This document shows, in pieces, positions 1-8,494 of a stretch of DNA of 24,099 nucleotides. Position 1 is the first letter of the stretch. The number at the start of each line of letters is the position of its first letter. The position numbers and the translations under genes are program-made. Below the pieces are notes generated by a model. That model ran no database searches. It saw only the letters and a program-made list of their open reading frames with translations, and was not told where the DNA came from. The stretch is from a virus. Its lineage: Duplodnaviria; Caudoviricetes. The stretch spans positions 1-24,099 of the IMG/VR virus record IMGVR_UViG_3300025608_000089; one strand, written 5' to 3'.

Positions 1-2
1 AC

Positions 3-500
3 AATGCAAGAAAATTCTACATTGTTAAGGTAATAGATAGAGATAATGAACAAGACGGACCTAAGTTTTGGAGATTCAAACACAACTACAAACAAGAAGG
101 GCCATTAGATAAAATCTTCCCAATCTTTAAAAATAAGGGAGATATTACAAATCCAACTGAAGGTAGAGACTTAATACTTTCATTATCATTAAATAAGGCA
201 CCTAACGGTCGAGAATACACAACAATTAGTTCGGTAATGTATGAAGATGTTTCTCCGTTATCAACTGACCCTGAACAAGCTAATGGATGGGCTAACGATC
301 CACAAACTTGGGAAGATGTGTATTCAAAAAAACCACAAGAGTATTTAGAATTAGTTGCTTTAGGTGAAACACCAAGATGGGATTCTGATTTGAAAAAATT
401 CGTAGGTGCTAACGAACCAACGACAACTGAGTTTGGAAATAACGATGTTATTGTTGATGCTCAAAGTACGGAGACTAAGTCTGACGATTTACCATTTTAA
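3..500 (+). CDS. Phage ssDNA-binding protein, T4 gp32-like (5'-truncated by window edge)
   Basis: Frame 3 is open from base 3 (NARKFYIVKVIDRDNEQDGPKFWRFKHNYKQEG...GDITNPTEGRDLIL...) to TAA at 498-500; the track's 237..500 is only its internal-ATG part. 'VKVIDRD...KFW' and 'DITNPTEGRD' resemble gp32-family SSBs. Acidic tail ends DDLPF. Sits directly upstream of a recombinase. Confidence 0.75.
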   Translation, partial: NARKFYIVKVIDRDNEQDGPKFWRFKHNYKQEGPLDKIFPIFKNKGDITNPTEGRDLILSLSLNKAPNGREYTTISSVMYEDVSPLSTDPEQANGWANDPQTWEDVYSKKPQEYLELVALGETPRWDSDLKKFVGANEPTTTEFGNNDVIVDAQSTETKSDDLPF

Positions 501-513
501 ATAAACTAACCAT

Positions 514-596
514 GGGTCCCCACTCCAAAAATGATTTGATGGAAACATCTGGTGGAGTAAGATATCGACTTTTGTCGGCCCTGAGAGTGGGGACCC
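514..596 (+). ncRNA. Putative structured RNA/DNA element (multibranch stem-loop) between ssb and recA
   Basis: Perfect 12-bp inverted repeat GGGTCCCCACTC (514-525) / GAGTGGGGACCC (585-596) encloses hairpins GATG-GAAA-CATC (538-549, GNRA loop) and CGAC-TTTT-GTCG (566-577). Followed by TTTTAT. GC-rich arms in an AT-rich background. Family not recognised. Confidence 0.55.
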
Positions 597-611
597 TTTT
601 ATAAAAGATAC

Positions 612-1610
612 ATGGCAATAAAGAAAAAAGATTTTAAAAGTATTAAATCAAAATTCTCAAAACAGGCGAAGTTTAAGTCTGATAGGTTTTTTGATTTGGG
701 TGATGCTTTTTTAGACGCTACAGGTTTACCGGGACCAGCAATGGGACATATCAATATGTTTTTAGGCCATTCAGATACGGGAAAGACAACTGCACTTGTA
801 AAGACTGCGGTTGATGCACAAAAAAAAGGTACTCTACCTGTTTTTATTATTACTGAACAAAAGTGGGATTTTCCACATGCGAAGTTAATGGGTTTAGAGG
901 TTGAGGAAATAGTTGATGAAGAAACGGGAGAAATCGAGTACGATGGGTTTTTCTTATTCAACAACGAATTTCAATACATAGAACAAATAACCGATTACAT
1001 TAATGAGTTATTAGATGCTCAAAATAAAGGTGAGTTGGAGTACGACTTACTTTTCTTATGGGATTCTGTTGGGTCTGTACCATGTAAAATGACTTTTGAT
1101 GGTAAGGGTGGTAAACAACACAACGCATCTACACTTTCAGATAAAATCGGTATGGGATTAAATCAAAGAATTTCGGGTTCGAGAAGAGTAGATTCAACTT
1201 ATACTAACACACTTGTTATTGTTAATCAACCATGGGTTGAATTACCTGACAACCCTTTTAGTCAACCTAAGATTAAGGCGAAGGGTGGTGAGTCAATTTG
1301 GTTAAACTCAACATTAGTGTTTAGATACGGTAACCAAAAAAATGCGGGTACAAACCCAATTTCTGCGGTTAAAGACAAGAGAAAGGTGAAGTTTGCAACG
1401 AGAACTAAAATATCCATTATGAAGAACCATGTTAATGGTCTTGGGTATGAAGACGGCAAAATCATTGTTACTGCACACGGTTTCCTTTCAGGGAAGGATA
1501 GTACTGAAGAGAAAAAATCTTTAGAAAGTTACAAATCTGAGTATGCGGAATTTTGGAAAGACCAACTTGGTATTGAAGGTGATTTCGATATCAAAGAAGA
1601 GAATGGATAG
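612..1610 (+). CDS. recA: RecA/UvsX-like recombinase
   Basis: 332 aa; Walker A GHSDTGKT, catalytic Glu strand (VFIITEQ), Walker B LFLWDSVGS, RecA-like 'IVNQ', 'KGGE' and 'KNH' segments. Confidence 0.9.
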   Translation: MAIKKKDFKSIKSKFSKQAKFKSDRFFDLGDAFLDATGLPGPAMGHINMFLGHSDTGKTTALVKTAVDAQKKGTLPVFIITEQKWDFPHAKLMGLEVEEIVDEETGEIEYDGFFLFNNEFQYIEQITDYINELLDAQNKGELEYDLLFLWDSVGSVPCKMTFDGKGGKQHNASTLSDKIGMGLNQRISGSRRVDSTYTNTLVIVNQPWVELPDNPFSQPKIKAKGGESIWLNSTLVFRYGNQKNAGTNPISAVKDKRKVKFATRTKISIMKNHVNGLGYEDGKIIVTAHGFLSGKDSTEEKKSLESYKSEYAEFWKDQLGIEGDFDIKEENG

Positions 1611-1636
1611 AATGTTTAACCTATAACAGGTATAAA

Positions 1637-2653
1637 ATGTCAGTATTATTAGTAGACGGAGATAACTTACTTACAATCGGTTTTTATGGAGTAAAAAATT
1701 ACTTCTATAAAGGTGAACACATAGGTGGGTTATATCACTTCATAAACACACTACGAAAATCATTTGAGTTATATAAACTTGATAAGATTGTCGTTTTTTG
1801 GGATGGTGAAGATGGTGCCGCTACACGTAAGAAAATGTATTCTCGTTATAAGGAGAATAGAAGACAAAGAATCCGTTCTGACAAAGAAAAAGAATCTTAC
1901 ACAAAACAAAGAAGAAGAATTCAACAATACCTTGAAGAATTATATGTTAGACAAGGTGAGTTTGAATTTTGTGAAACGGACGATTGCATTGCTGAGTATA
2001 CTCAGAAAAGTAATGAAAATACAATCGTCTACTCCTCTGATGGTGATTTAGCACAGTTGGTTTCAGACACCACAAAAGTATATAACCCATCACACAGGAA
2101 ACTTTATAGTCAAGATGATATAATACAATACGAACACCAAGAACTACACATACAGAACGTTAAAATCGTTAAAATTATTTGTGGTGATAGATCTGATAAT
2201 ATTACGGGTATATATAATTTAGGGATTAAGAAGATATTGAAGTTATTTCCTGAATTAAAAACAAGACCTGTTACTTTAGAAGAAATAATTGTTCGTTCAA
2301 ATGAGTTATTTGAGGAAGATAAGAATAATAAAACAGTTAAGAACCTTTTAACTGGAGTTACAAAATACGGTATTTACGGGGATGAATTCTTCAACCTAAA
2401 TGAAAGTATCGTTAGTTTAGACCAACCGTTTCTCACTGATGAAGCTCGAGAAACAATCACCGACCTTATCCATGAAAATTTGGATCCCGAGGGAAGATCC
2501 TACAAAAACACGATGAAAATGATGATGGAAGATGGAATGTTTACTGTACTTCCAAAGTCAGATGATGCGTGGATAAAATTCCTCAACCCTTTTTTACGAT
2601 TAACTCGTAAAGAAAAAAATAAAAGAATTATTAAAATTAAAAATCATGACTAA
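1637..2653 (+). CDS. 5'-3' exonuclease / flap endonuclease (T4 RNase H, DNA polymerase I N-terminal type)
   Basis: 338 aa; LLVDGDNL, VFWDG, YKENR, ETDD, SSDGDLAQL and helix-3-turn-helix GDRSDNITGIYNLGIKK motifs of the FEN/5'-nuclease family. Confidence 0.92.
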   Translation: MSVLLVDGDNLLTIGFYGVKNYFYKGEHIGGLYHFINTLRKSFELYKLDKIVVFWDGEDGAATRKKMYSRYKENRRQRIRSDKEKESYTKQRRRIQQYLEELYVRQGEFEFCETDDCIAEYTQKSNENTIVYSSDGDLAQLVSDTTKVYNPSHRKLYSQDDIIQYEHQELHIQNVKIVKIICGDRSDNITGIYNLGIKKILKLFPELKTRPVTLEEIIVRSNELFEEDKNNKTVKNLLTGVTKYGIYGDEFFNLNESIVSLDQPFLTDEARETITDLIHENLDPEGRSYKNTMKMMMEDGMFTVLPKSDDAWIKFLNPFLRLTRKEKNKRIIKIKNHD

Positions 2654-3095
2654 TTACGACACAACTAAAGTAGAATTTTTATTATCACTCAGTGGTAATA
2701 TTATCTGTCAGAGATTCTTCAACGTGAAGGATTTTAACCATAAAGCGAAAAGATCTTTAGATATTAAACACGATATTACAAATATTTGTGAAGAAATTTC
2801 TAATGATTTAAAAGAAAAAACATTGGATTTTTTGAATAGTAATCAAAACTATTTTCCCGTTTTAGGTGGTGAGGGGGACAGTCCAATTGAAGAGGAAGAG
2901 TACTTTTTACTTGAACTTAAGTTAAATGACGCAGTATTTATTCAAAGAGTATTTGCTGCACATGTCTTCCCACCTAAAGTTAGATATTCTGTAGATATCA
3001 GACCAAAACTTAGAAGAATCTTAAATGATTTAACTGAGACCTTATCATACGACGATGTAACCACAACTTACATGTCATATGACTTAACAAAGTAA
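2646..3095 (+). CDS. Hypothetical protein in the replication operon
   Basis: 149-aa ORF; 8-nt overlap (ATGACTAA) with the upstream gene; fills the gap to the helicase. No recognised motif. Confidence 0.8.
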   Translation: MTNYDTTKVEFLLSLSGNIICQRFFNVKDFNHKAKRSLDIKHDITNICEEISNDLKEKTLDFLNSNQNYFPVLGGEGDSPIEEEEYFLLELKLNDAVFIQRVFAAHVFPPKVRYSVDIRPKLRRILNDLTETLSYDDVTTTYMSYDLTK

Positions 3096-3122
3096 TGTAA
3101 AAAAATAAAAATTGAGATAATA

Positions 3123-4508
3123 ATGCAAGAAAAAAACTTCGGTGAGTTGGGTTTCGAATTCCAACAAACACTAATAAAATCGATAATAGAGGACAAAAAA
3201 TATGGGGAACAAATACTTGAAGTCTTAGACGCCAGATTTTTTGACAATATAACATTTAAGTACATTATACAAAATGTAAAAGAACTCTTTAATGAGTACG
3301 ACTCTAATGTTCCTGATTATATTACTGTTAGACAGAAAATCATTGAAAGTTCACTTGCTAATCCAAGCACAAGTAAAATACATACCGATACTCTAACGGA
3401 CATTGAGAATCTTAAGGAAACTGTCCATACACCATCATACGTTAAGAAGACGGCTCTAAACTTTTGTAAACAACAAAGTTTAAAAAAGACACTAAAGGAC
3501 GTTGATAAAATAATCAATGGTGGTGACTTTCAGTCTTACGACAGAATTGAGGGTATGATTGCTGAGGCTTTACAGGTGGGTGTTTCCGATGACGTAATTG
3601 TTGATGTGTTAGATAATGTATCTGAAGCGTTAGAAGCGGATATGAGAACACCAATATCAACCGGTATTGCGGGGTTAGACAATCTATTAGATGGTGGGTT
3701 ATCACATGGTGAATTAGGTATGGTTTTAGCACCTACAGGTACAGGTAAGACAACAATTCTAACTAAATTCGCGAATACTGCGGTAAATGAGGGTAAAAAC
3801 GTAATACAGTTTTATTTCGAAGATAGTACTGCACAAATTCAAAGAAAACACTTTACAATATGGTCTGGTGTTCAATCGAAACATCAGAGTGAACAAAAGG
3901 AGTATGTTGAACAAAAAATAAATGAAGCCACTCTTAGGGAGGGTTTTGGAAATCTAAAACTAATTAGATTACCTAATGGAACAACAACTGTTGGTGATTT
4001 AAAAAGATTAGTGAGAAAGGTTTCTTCACTTGGTCATAAACCAGATTTAATTCTTATTGATTACATTGATTGTCTAACATCTGAAAAATCAGTACATGGT
4101 GAGGAATGGAAAGGTGAGGGTGCAATTGTGAGGTCTATTGAATCTATGTGTCATGAAATGAATGTAGGTGTATGGACTGCCGCTCAGGGTAACAGACAAT
4201 CGAGTACTGTGGATATACCGGGTGTTGATCACTTTGGTGGGTCAATTAAAAAGGCACAATCCTCACACATCATTTTATCCATTGCAAGATCAAATGAACA
4301 AAAGGAAAATAAAACGGCTAACGTAACCTTGGTTAAGTCGAGAATTGGTCAAGATGGAATTACATTTAACGACTGTAAGTTCGATAATGGAATGATGGAT
4401 ATCGTTCTTGAAGAACAAGTTACAATGTTAGGTTTTGAACAAAATAAAGTACAGAAAAATCAGTTAAGAGCGGCTGAGTTGTACAAACAATCACAAGGAT
4501 TAAAATAA
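3123..4508 (+). CDS. dnaB: Replicative DNA helicase, DnaB/T4 gp41-like (SF4)
   Basis: 461 aa; 'ISTGIAGLDNLLDGGL', Walker A APTGTGKT, Walker B LILIDYID, 'AAQGNR', 'VKSRIG' arginine-finger region. Confidence 0.92.
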   Translation: MQEKNFGELGFEFQQTLIKSIIEDKKYGEQILEVLDARFFDNITFKYIIQNVKELFNEYDSNVPDYITVRQKIIESSLANPSTSKIHTDTLTDIENLKETVHTPSYVKKTALNFCKQQSLKKTLKDVDKIINGGDFQSYDRIEGMIAEALQVGVSDDVIVDVLDNVSEALEADMRTPISTGIAGLDNLLDGGLSHGELGMVLAPTGTGKTTILTKFANTAVNEGKNVIQFYFEDSTAQIQRKHFTIWSGVQSKHQSEQKEYVEQKINEATLREGFGNLKLIRLPNGTTTVGDLKRLVRKVSSLGHKPDLILIDYIDCLTSEKSVHGEEWKGEGAIVRSIESMCHEMNVGVWTAAQGNRQSSTVDIPGVDHFGGSIKKAQSSHIILSIARSNEQKENKTANVTLVKSRIGQDGITFNDCKFDNGMMDIVLEEQVTMLGFEQNKVQKNQLRAAELYKQSQGLK

Positions 4509-4526
4509 CAATTTAAATTTAATACA

Positions 4527-5501
4527 ATGACAGAAAAGATTTTACAAGAAAATCCGGGACGTTTCGTCCTTTTCCCTATCAAACACAATGACATATGGAA
4601 GTATTATAAACAACAAGAAGCGAGTTTTTGGACTGCTGAGGAAATTGACCTACAACAGGATGTAAGTGATTGGTCAAATAAATTAAACGATGATGAAAAA
4701 CATTTTGTAAAACATGTTTTGGCTTTCTTTGCTGCGTCAGACGGAATAGTAAATGAAAATTTGGCTGAAAATTTTGTAAATGAGGTTCAATACACTGAGG
4801 CGAAGTTCTTTTACGGTTTTCAAATTGCGATGGAAAATATTCATTCAGAAACTTATTCATTATTGATTGATTCGTTAATAAAAGATACTGACGAACAAAA
4901 TCGTTTATTTAATGCTATTGATACAATACCGGCAATTCAAAAAAAGGCAGAATGGGCACTTAAGTGGATCGAATCAGATTCTTTTGCTGAGCGTTTAATT
5001 GCGTTTGCTGCTGTTGAAGGGATTTTCTTTTCAGGTAGTTTCTGTTCAATATTTTGGCTTAAGAAAAGAGGGTTAATGCCGGGACTGACATTTTCCAATG
5101 AACTAATTTCTCGTGACGAAGGGTTACATTGTGATTTTGCTTGTCACCTTTATAATAACCATATTGAGAATAAACTCACTAATGAAAGAATTGAAGAGAT
5201 TATACTTTCGGCATTAGAAATTGAAAAAGAATTTATTCTTGAAGCATTACCTGTAAGATTAATAGGTATGAACGCTGATTTGATGGAGAAGTATTTAGAA
5301 TTTGTGACTGATAGGTTATTGGATTCTTTAGGGGTACCTAAGAAATACAACACAGAAAATCCTTTTGATTTTATGCAAAACATTGCATTACAGGGTAAAA
5401 CTAATTTCTTTGAAAAAAGAGTTGCTGAATATCAAAAGGCGGGAGTAAATAATGACGAAGAAGAGGATTTAGACTCTGCTTTTGGTGAAATGGATTTTTA
5501 A
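4527..5501 (+). CDS. nrdB: Ribonucleotide reductase class Ia, beta (small) subunit
   Basis: 324 aa; [34 protein letters not shown] (radical Tyr), [17 protein letters not shown]-terminal [13 protein letters not shown]. Confidence 0.98.
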   Translation: MTEKILQENPGRFVLFPIKHNDIWKYYKQQEASFWTAEEIDLQQDVSDWSNKLNDDEKHFVKHVLAFFAASDGIVNENLAENFVNEVQYTEAKFFYGFQIAMENIHSETYSLLIDSLIKDTDEQNRLFNAIDTIPAIQKKAEWALKWIESDSFAERLIAFAAVEGIFFSGSFCSIFWLKKRGLMPGLTFSNELISRDEGLHCDFACHLYNNHIENKLTNERIEEIILSALEIEKEFILEALPVRLIGMNADLMEKYLEFVTDRLLDSLGVPKKYNTENPFDFMQNIALQGKTNFFEKRVAEYQKAGVNNDEEEDLDSAFGEMDF

Positions 5502-5511
5502 AAAGTAAAAT

Positions 5512-7953
5512 ATGAAAGTAAAAAAAAGAGATGGTTCCTTAGAGGAAATGAGATATGATAAGATTACAAGACGTATTTCTGCGTTATGTAGTGATTTGAA
5601 CTTGGATTATGTTGATCCTACTTATATTACATTAAAAGTTACTCAAGGGATCTATGACGGTATCACGTCAACGGAGTTAGACACTTTAGCTGCGGAGACC
5701 GCAGCGTCTATGACGACTACCTACCCTGATTATTCAAAATTGGCGGGAAGATTAGCGGTTACCAACTTACATAAAACAACACCTAAAAAGTTCTCACAGT
5801 CAATAAAACAATTGTATTCTTTTGTTGAACCGAGAACGGGTACTGAATCCTCACTTATTTCTGACGATCTATTTGATTTTGTAAAAAAGAACCGAGCTGT
5901 AATTGATGGTGCTATTGTACAGGAAAGGGACTTCGATTTTGACTACTTCGGGTTTAAAACATTAGAAAGATCTTATTTATTAAGAATAAGTGATCGTATC
6001 GTTGAAAGACCACAATATATGTATATGAGGGTTGCTCTTGGTATCTGTAATGGTGATCTTGAAATGGGTCTTAGAATTTACGATGATTTGTCTCAACACT
6101 TTTACACACACGCAACACCAACATTGTTCAATGCAGGTACTCGTAGACCTCAGATGTCGTCATGTTTTTTAATTGGTAATAAGGGTGATGATATTAATGG
6201 TTTATTTGATACCATACAGGATGTTGCTAACATATCTAAATGGGCTGGTGGTATTGGACTACACGTTCACGATGTAAGAGCAAAGGGTTCATATATTAAA
6301 GGTACTGGTGGTGAGTCTGACGGATTACTACCGATGATGAAAACATACAACGAAGTTGCAAGGTGGATTAACCAAGGTGGTAAAAGAAAAGGTTCTTTTG
6401 CCGTATATCTTGAACCATGGCATGCTGATGTTTTCGAATTTATTGATCTAAGAAAAAATCATGGAAAAGAAGAAATGAGAGCAAGGGATTTATTCCTTGC
6501 AATGTGGACTCCTGATTTATTTATGGAAAGAGTACAAGAAGATGGTGATTGGACACTATTTTCACCTGACGAAGCACCTGGATTATCTGATGTTTTTGAC
6601 TCACCAACAAGTAAAGATTTTACTAAATTATACGAGAAATACGAAAGTGAAGGTAAGGGACGTAGAGTTCTAAAGGCAAGAAAACTAATGGATGCTATCC
6701 TTACTGCTCAAATTGAAACAGGAACACCTTATATGTTATATAAAGATCCTGCAAACTATAAATCAAATCAACAAAATTTGGGTACTATTAAATCCTCTAA
6801 TCTCTGTACTGAGATTATTGAGTATTCAAGTCCTGATGAACAAGCGGTATGTAATTTAGCATCAATTGCGTTACCAAAATATATAATTGATGACGAATTT
6901 AGTCATGAGTTATTATATGAATATGTTTACCAAGTGGTGAAAAACTTAAATAATGTCATTGATTTAAATTTCTACCCAACTAAAGAAACTTTAAAATCTA
7001 ACATGAGACACAGACCTGTTGGTCTTGGTGTACAAGGATTAGCGGATGTTTTCTGTATGTTGAAAATACCTTTTGAGTCTGAAGGCGCTGATGTTTTACA
7101 AACAGATATTTTTGAAACGATTTATTTCGCGGCAATGACATCGTCTAAAGATCTTGCAAAAAGTGGAGAAGCTTACGAATCAATTGAAGGTTCACCCATT
7201 TCTAAAGGTATCTTCCAATATGAAATGTGGGGATTAAAAGATAAAGATCTATCAGGTAGATGGGACTGGAAATCACTGAGAAAAGAAGTGATTAAATTTG
7301 GTGTGAAGAACTCACTATTACTTGCACCAATGCCAACCGCATCTACCGCTCAGATCCTTGGGAACAATGAGGCGTTTGAACCTTTCACAACAAACTTATA
7401 TTCAAGACGTACATTAGGTGGTGAATTTATTGTAATTAATAAACACTTAGTTAAGGAACTAATGTCTGTGGGATTGTGGGGTGATGATATTAAAGACAAG
7501 TTGATTATGGAAAATGGGTCTGTACAAAACATACCCGAAATTCCTACAGAAATCAAAGAAATCTATAAAACGGTTTGGGAAATGTCACAAAAAAGATTAC
7601 TTAATATGGCGGCTAATCGGTCAGTTTTCATTGATCAATCACAGTCTTTGAATCTTTTTATCAGTAATGCAACTAAAGCAAAACTTTTAGCGGCACACCT
7701 ACACGGTTGGAAATTAGGTTTAAAAACGGGAATGTATTATCTAAGAACGAGATCGGCGGTGGACCCATTAAAGGGGTTAGGTGTGAATACATCTAAATCA
7801 AGACCTGTGGAAAAAACAGAAAATGAAATAGTTGAAAATCCAACACCAACATCAAATTCTCTTTTAAGTGAAAATAAAGAATTAAAAATGGTAACTAATC
7901 AGGATATTAGACCTGACGATTCACCATTTGATTGTGAAGGATGTGGTTCATAA
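5512..7953 (+). CDS. nrdA: Ribonucleotide reductase class Ia, alpha (large) subunit with N-terminal ATP cone
   Basis: 813 aa; ATP cone (VKKRDG...DKIT), ATPTLFNAG, SSCFL, SNLCTEI, VCNLAS, APMPTAST, GMYY, C-terminal redox CEGC. Confidence 0.98.
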   Translation: MKVKKRDGSLEEMRYDKITRRISALCSDLNLDYVDPTYITLKVTQGIYDGITSTELDTLAAETAASMTTTYPDYSKLAGRLAVTNLHKTTPKKFSQSIKQLYSFVEPRTGTESSLISDDLFDFVKKNRAVIDGAIVQERDFDFDYFGFKTLERSYLLRISDRIVERPQYMYMRVALGICNGDLEMGLRIYDDLSQHFYTHATPTLFNAGTRRPQMSSCFLIGNKGDDINGLFDTIQDVANISKWAGGIGLHVHDVRAKGSYIKGTGGESDGLLPMMKTYNEVARWINQGGKRKGSFAVYLEPWHADVFEFIDLRKNHGKEEMRARDLFLAMWTPDLFMERVQEDGDWTLFSPDEAPGLSDVFDSPTSKDFTKLYEKYESEGKGRRVLKARKLMDAILTAQIETGTPYMLYKDPANYKSNQQNLGTIKSSNLCTEIIEYSSPDEQAVCNLASIALPKYIIDDEFSHELLYEYVYQVVKNLNNVIDLNFYPTKETLKSNMRHRPVGLGVQGLADVFCMLKIPFESEGADVLQTDIFETIYFAAMTSSKDLAKSGEAYESIEGSPISKGIFQYEMWGLKDKDLSGRWDWKSLRKEVIKFGVKNSLLLAPMPTASTAQILGNNEAFEPFTTNLYSRRTLGGEFIVINKHLVKELMSVGLWGDDIKDKLIMENGSVQNIPEIPTEIKEIYKTVWEMSQKRLLNMAANRSVFIDQSQSLNLFISNATKAKLLAAHLHGWKLGLKTGMYYLRTRSAVDPLKGLGVNTSKSRPVEKTENEIVENPTPTSNSLLSENKELKMVTNQDIRPDDSPFDCEGCGS

Positions 7954-7977
7954 GATCACATTTTATTTATTTTTTTT

Positions 7978-8003
7978 AAAACCCCCTCCATTGGGGGTTT
8001 TTT
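7978..8003 (+). terminator. Rho-independent terminator after nrdA (possibly bidirectional)
   Basis: AAAACCCCC-TCCATT-GGGGGTTTT hairpin running into a T6 tract, 25 nt after the nrdA stop; separates the replication and structural modules. Confidence 0.85.
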
Positions 8004-8029
8004 ATTTAACACCATTTTATTAATGTTTA

Positions 8030-8038
8030 TATTTATTA
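8030..8038 (+). promoter_or_regulatory. Candidate late-promoter motif TATTTATTA upstream of the gp25-like gene
   Basis: The same TATTTAT(A/T)A motif sits just upstream of the structural-gene starts at 8041, 10387 and 18087. Confidence 0.45.
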
Positions 8039-8040
8039 GT

Positions 8041-8493
8041 ATGGCATTAACCTATGGAATTGACTTTCCTTTTAGTGAAAGTACATCAGGAGATTATTTA
8101 AAGTTAACCACTACACCCGAAAAGGAGGTTAGGGCTAACCTTATACACCTTATACTAACCAAAAAGGGAAGTAGGTATTACTTACCGGACTTCGGTACAA
8201 GAATATATGAATATATATTCGATCAAAACGACTTAATTACTTTTAATCTAATAGAAGAAGAAATTAGGGAAGGATGTAAAAAATACCTACCAAACTTAGA
8301 TATTAATTCAATTAGGGTTATATCTGCTGAGGACGATACCGATCCTGTAACTACTGTAGACGAAGAAACCGATGATAGGTTATATCGTTTAGGTGATTCA
8401 TCAACTAAACCATACACAGCAAAGGTTAAAATAGATTATACGGTTAATAATGGTGCATTTAGTTCATCAGACTTTATTATAATTAATATATAA
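8041..8493 (+). CDS. Baseplate wedge protein, T4 gp25 / GPW_gp25-like
   Basis: YGIDFPF...NLIHLILTKKGSRYYLPDFGTRIYEYIFD is the gp25-family signature. Start 8041 (MALTYG) is preferred over the track's 8023 because the extra MFIFIS codons overlap the candidate promoter motif. Confidence 0.88.
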   Translation: MALTYGIDFPFSESTSGDYLKLTTTPEKEVRANLIHLILTKKGSRYYLPDFGTRIYEYIFDQNDLITFNLIEEEIREGCKKYLPNLDINSIRVISAEDDTDPVTTVDEETDDRLYRLGDSSTKPYTAKVKIDYTVNNGAFSSSDFIIINI

Positions 8494-8494
8494 A

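Noticed and set aside
514-600. tRNA, TPP/SAM/glycine riboswitch, hammerhead ribozyme or C/D sRNA identity for the intergenic structure
   Set aside because: No T-loop or anticodon arm. CTGAGA...ACCC resembles half a TPP aptamer but the downstream ACCTGAT/GCGNAGG half is absent. No CUGANGA hammerhead core. ACTCTCAGG on the minus strand lacks the rest of a glycine aptamer. Box C is a poor match.
4527-7953. Eukaryotic or giant-virus (NCLDV) origin suggested by the RNR
   Set aside because: Adjacent gp25/gp6 baseplate genes, gp32-like SSB, DnaB-like helicase, operon-style overlaps and an intrinsic terminator indicate a tailed bacteriophage.
8023-8040. Track start codon at 8023 for the gp25-like gene
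   Set aside because: It adds a low-complexity MFIFIS extension overlapping the candidate promoter motif; ATG 8041 fits better, although this is unproven.
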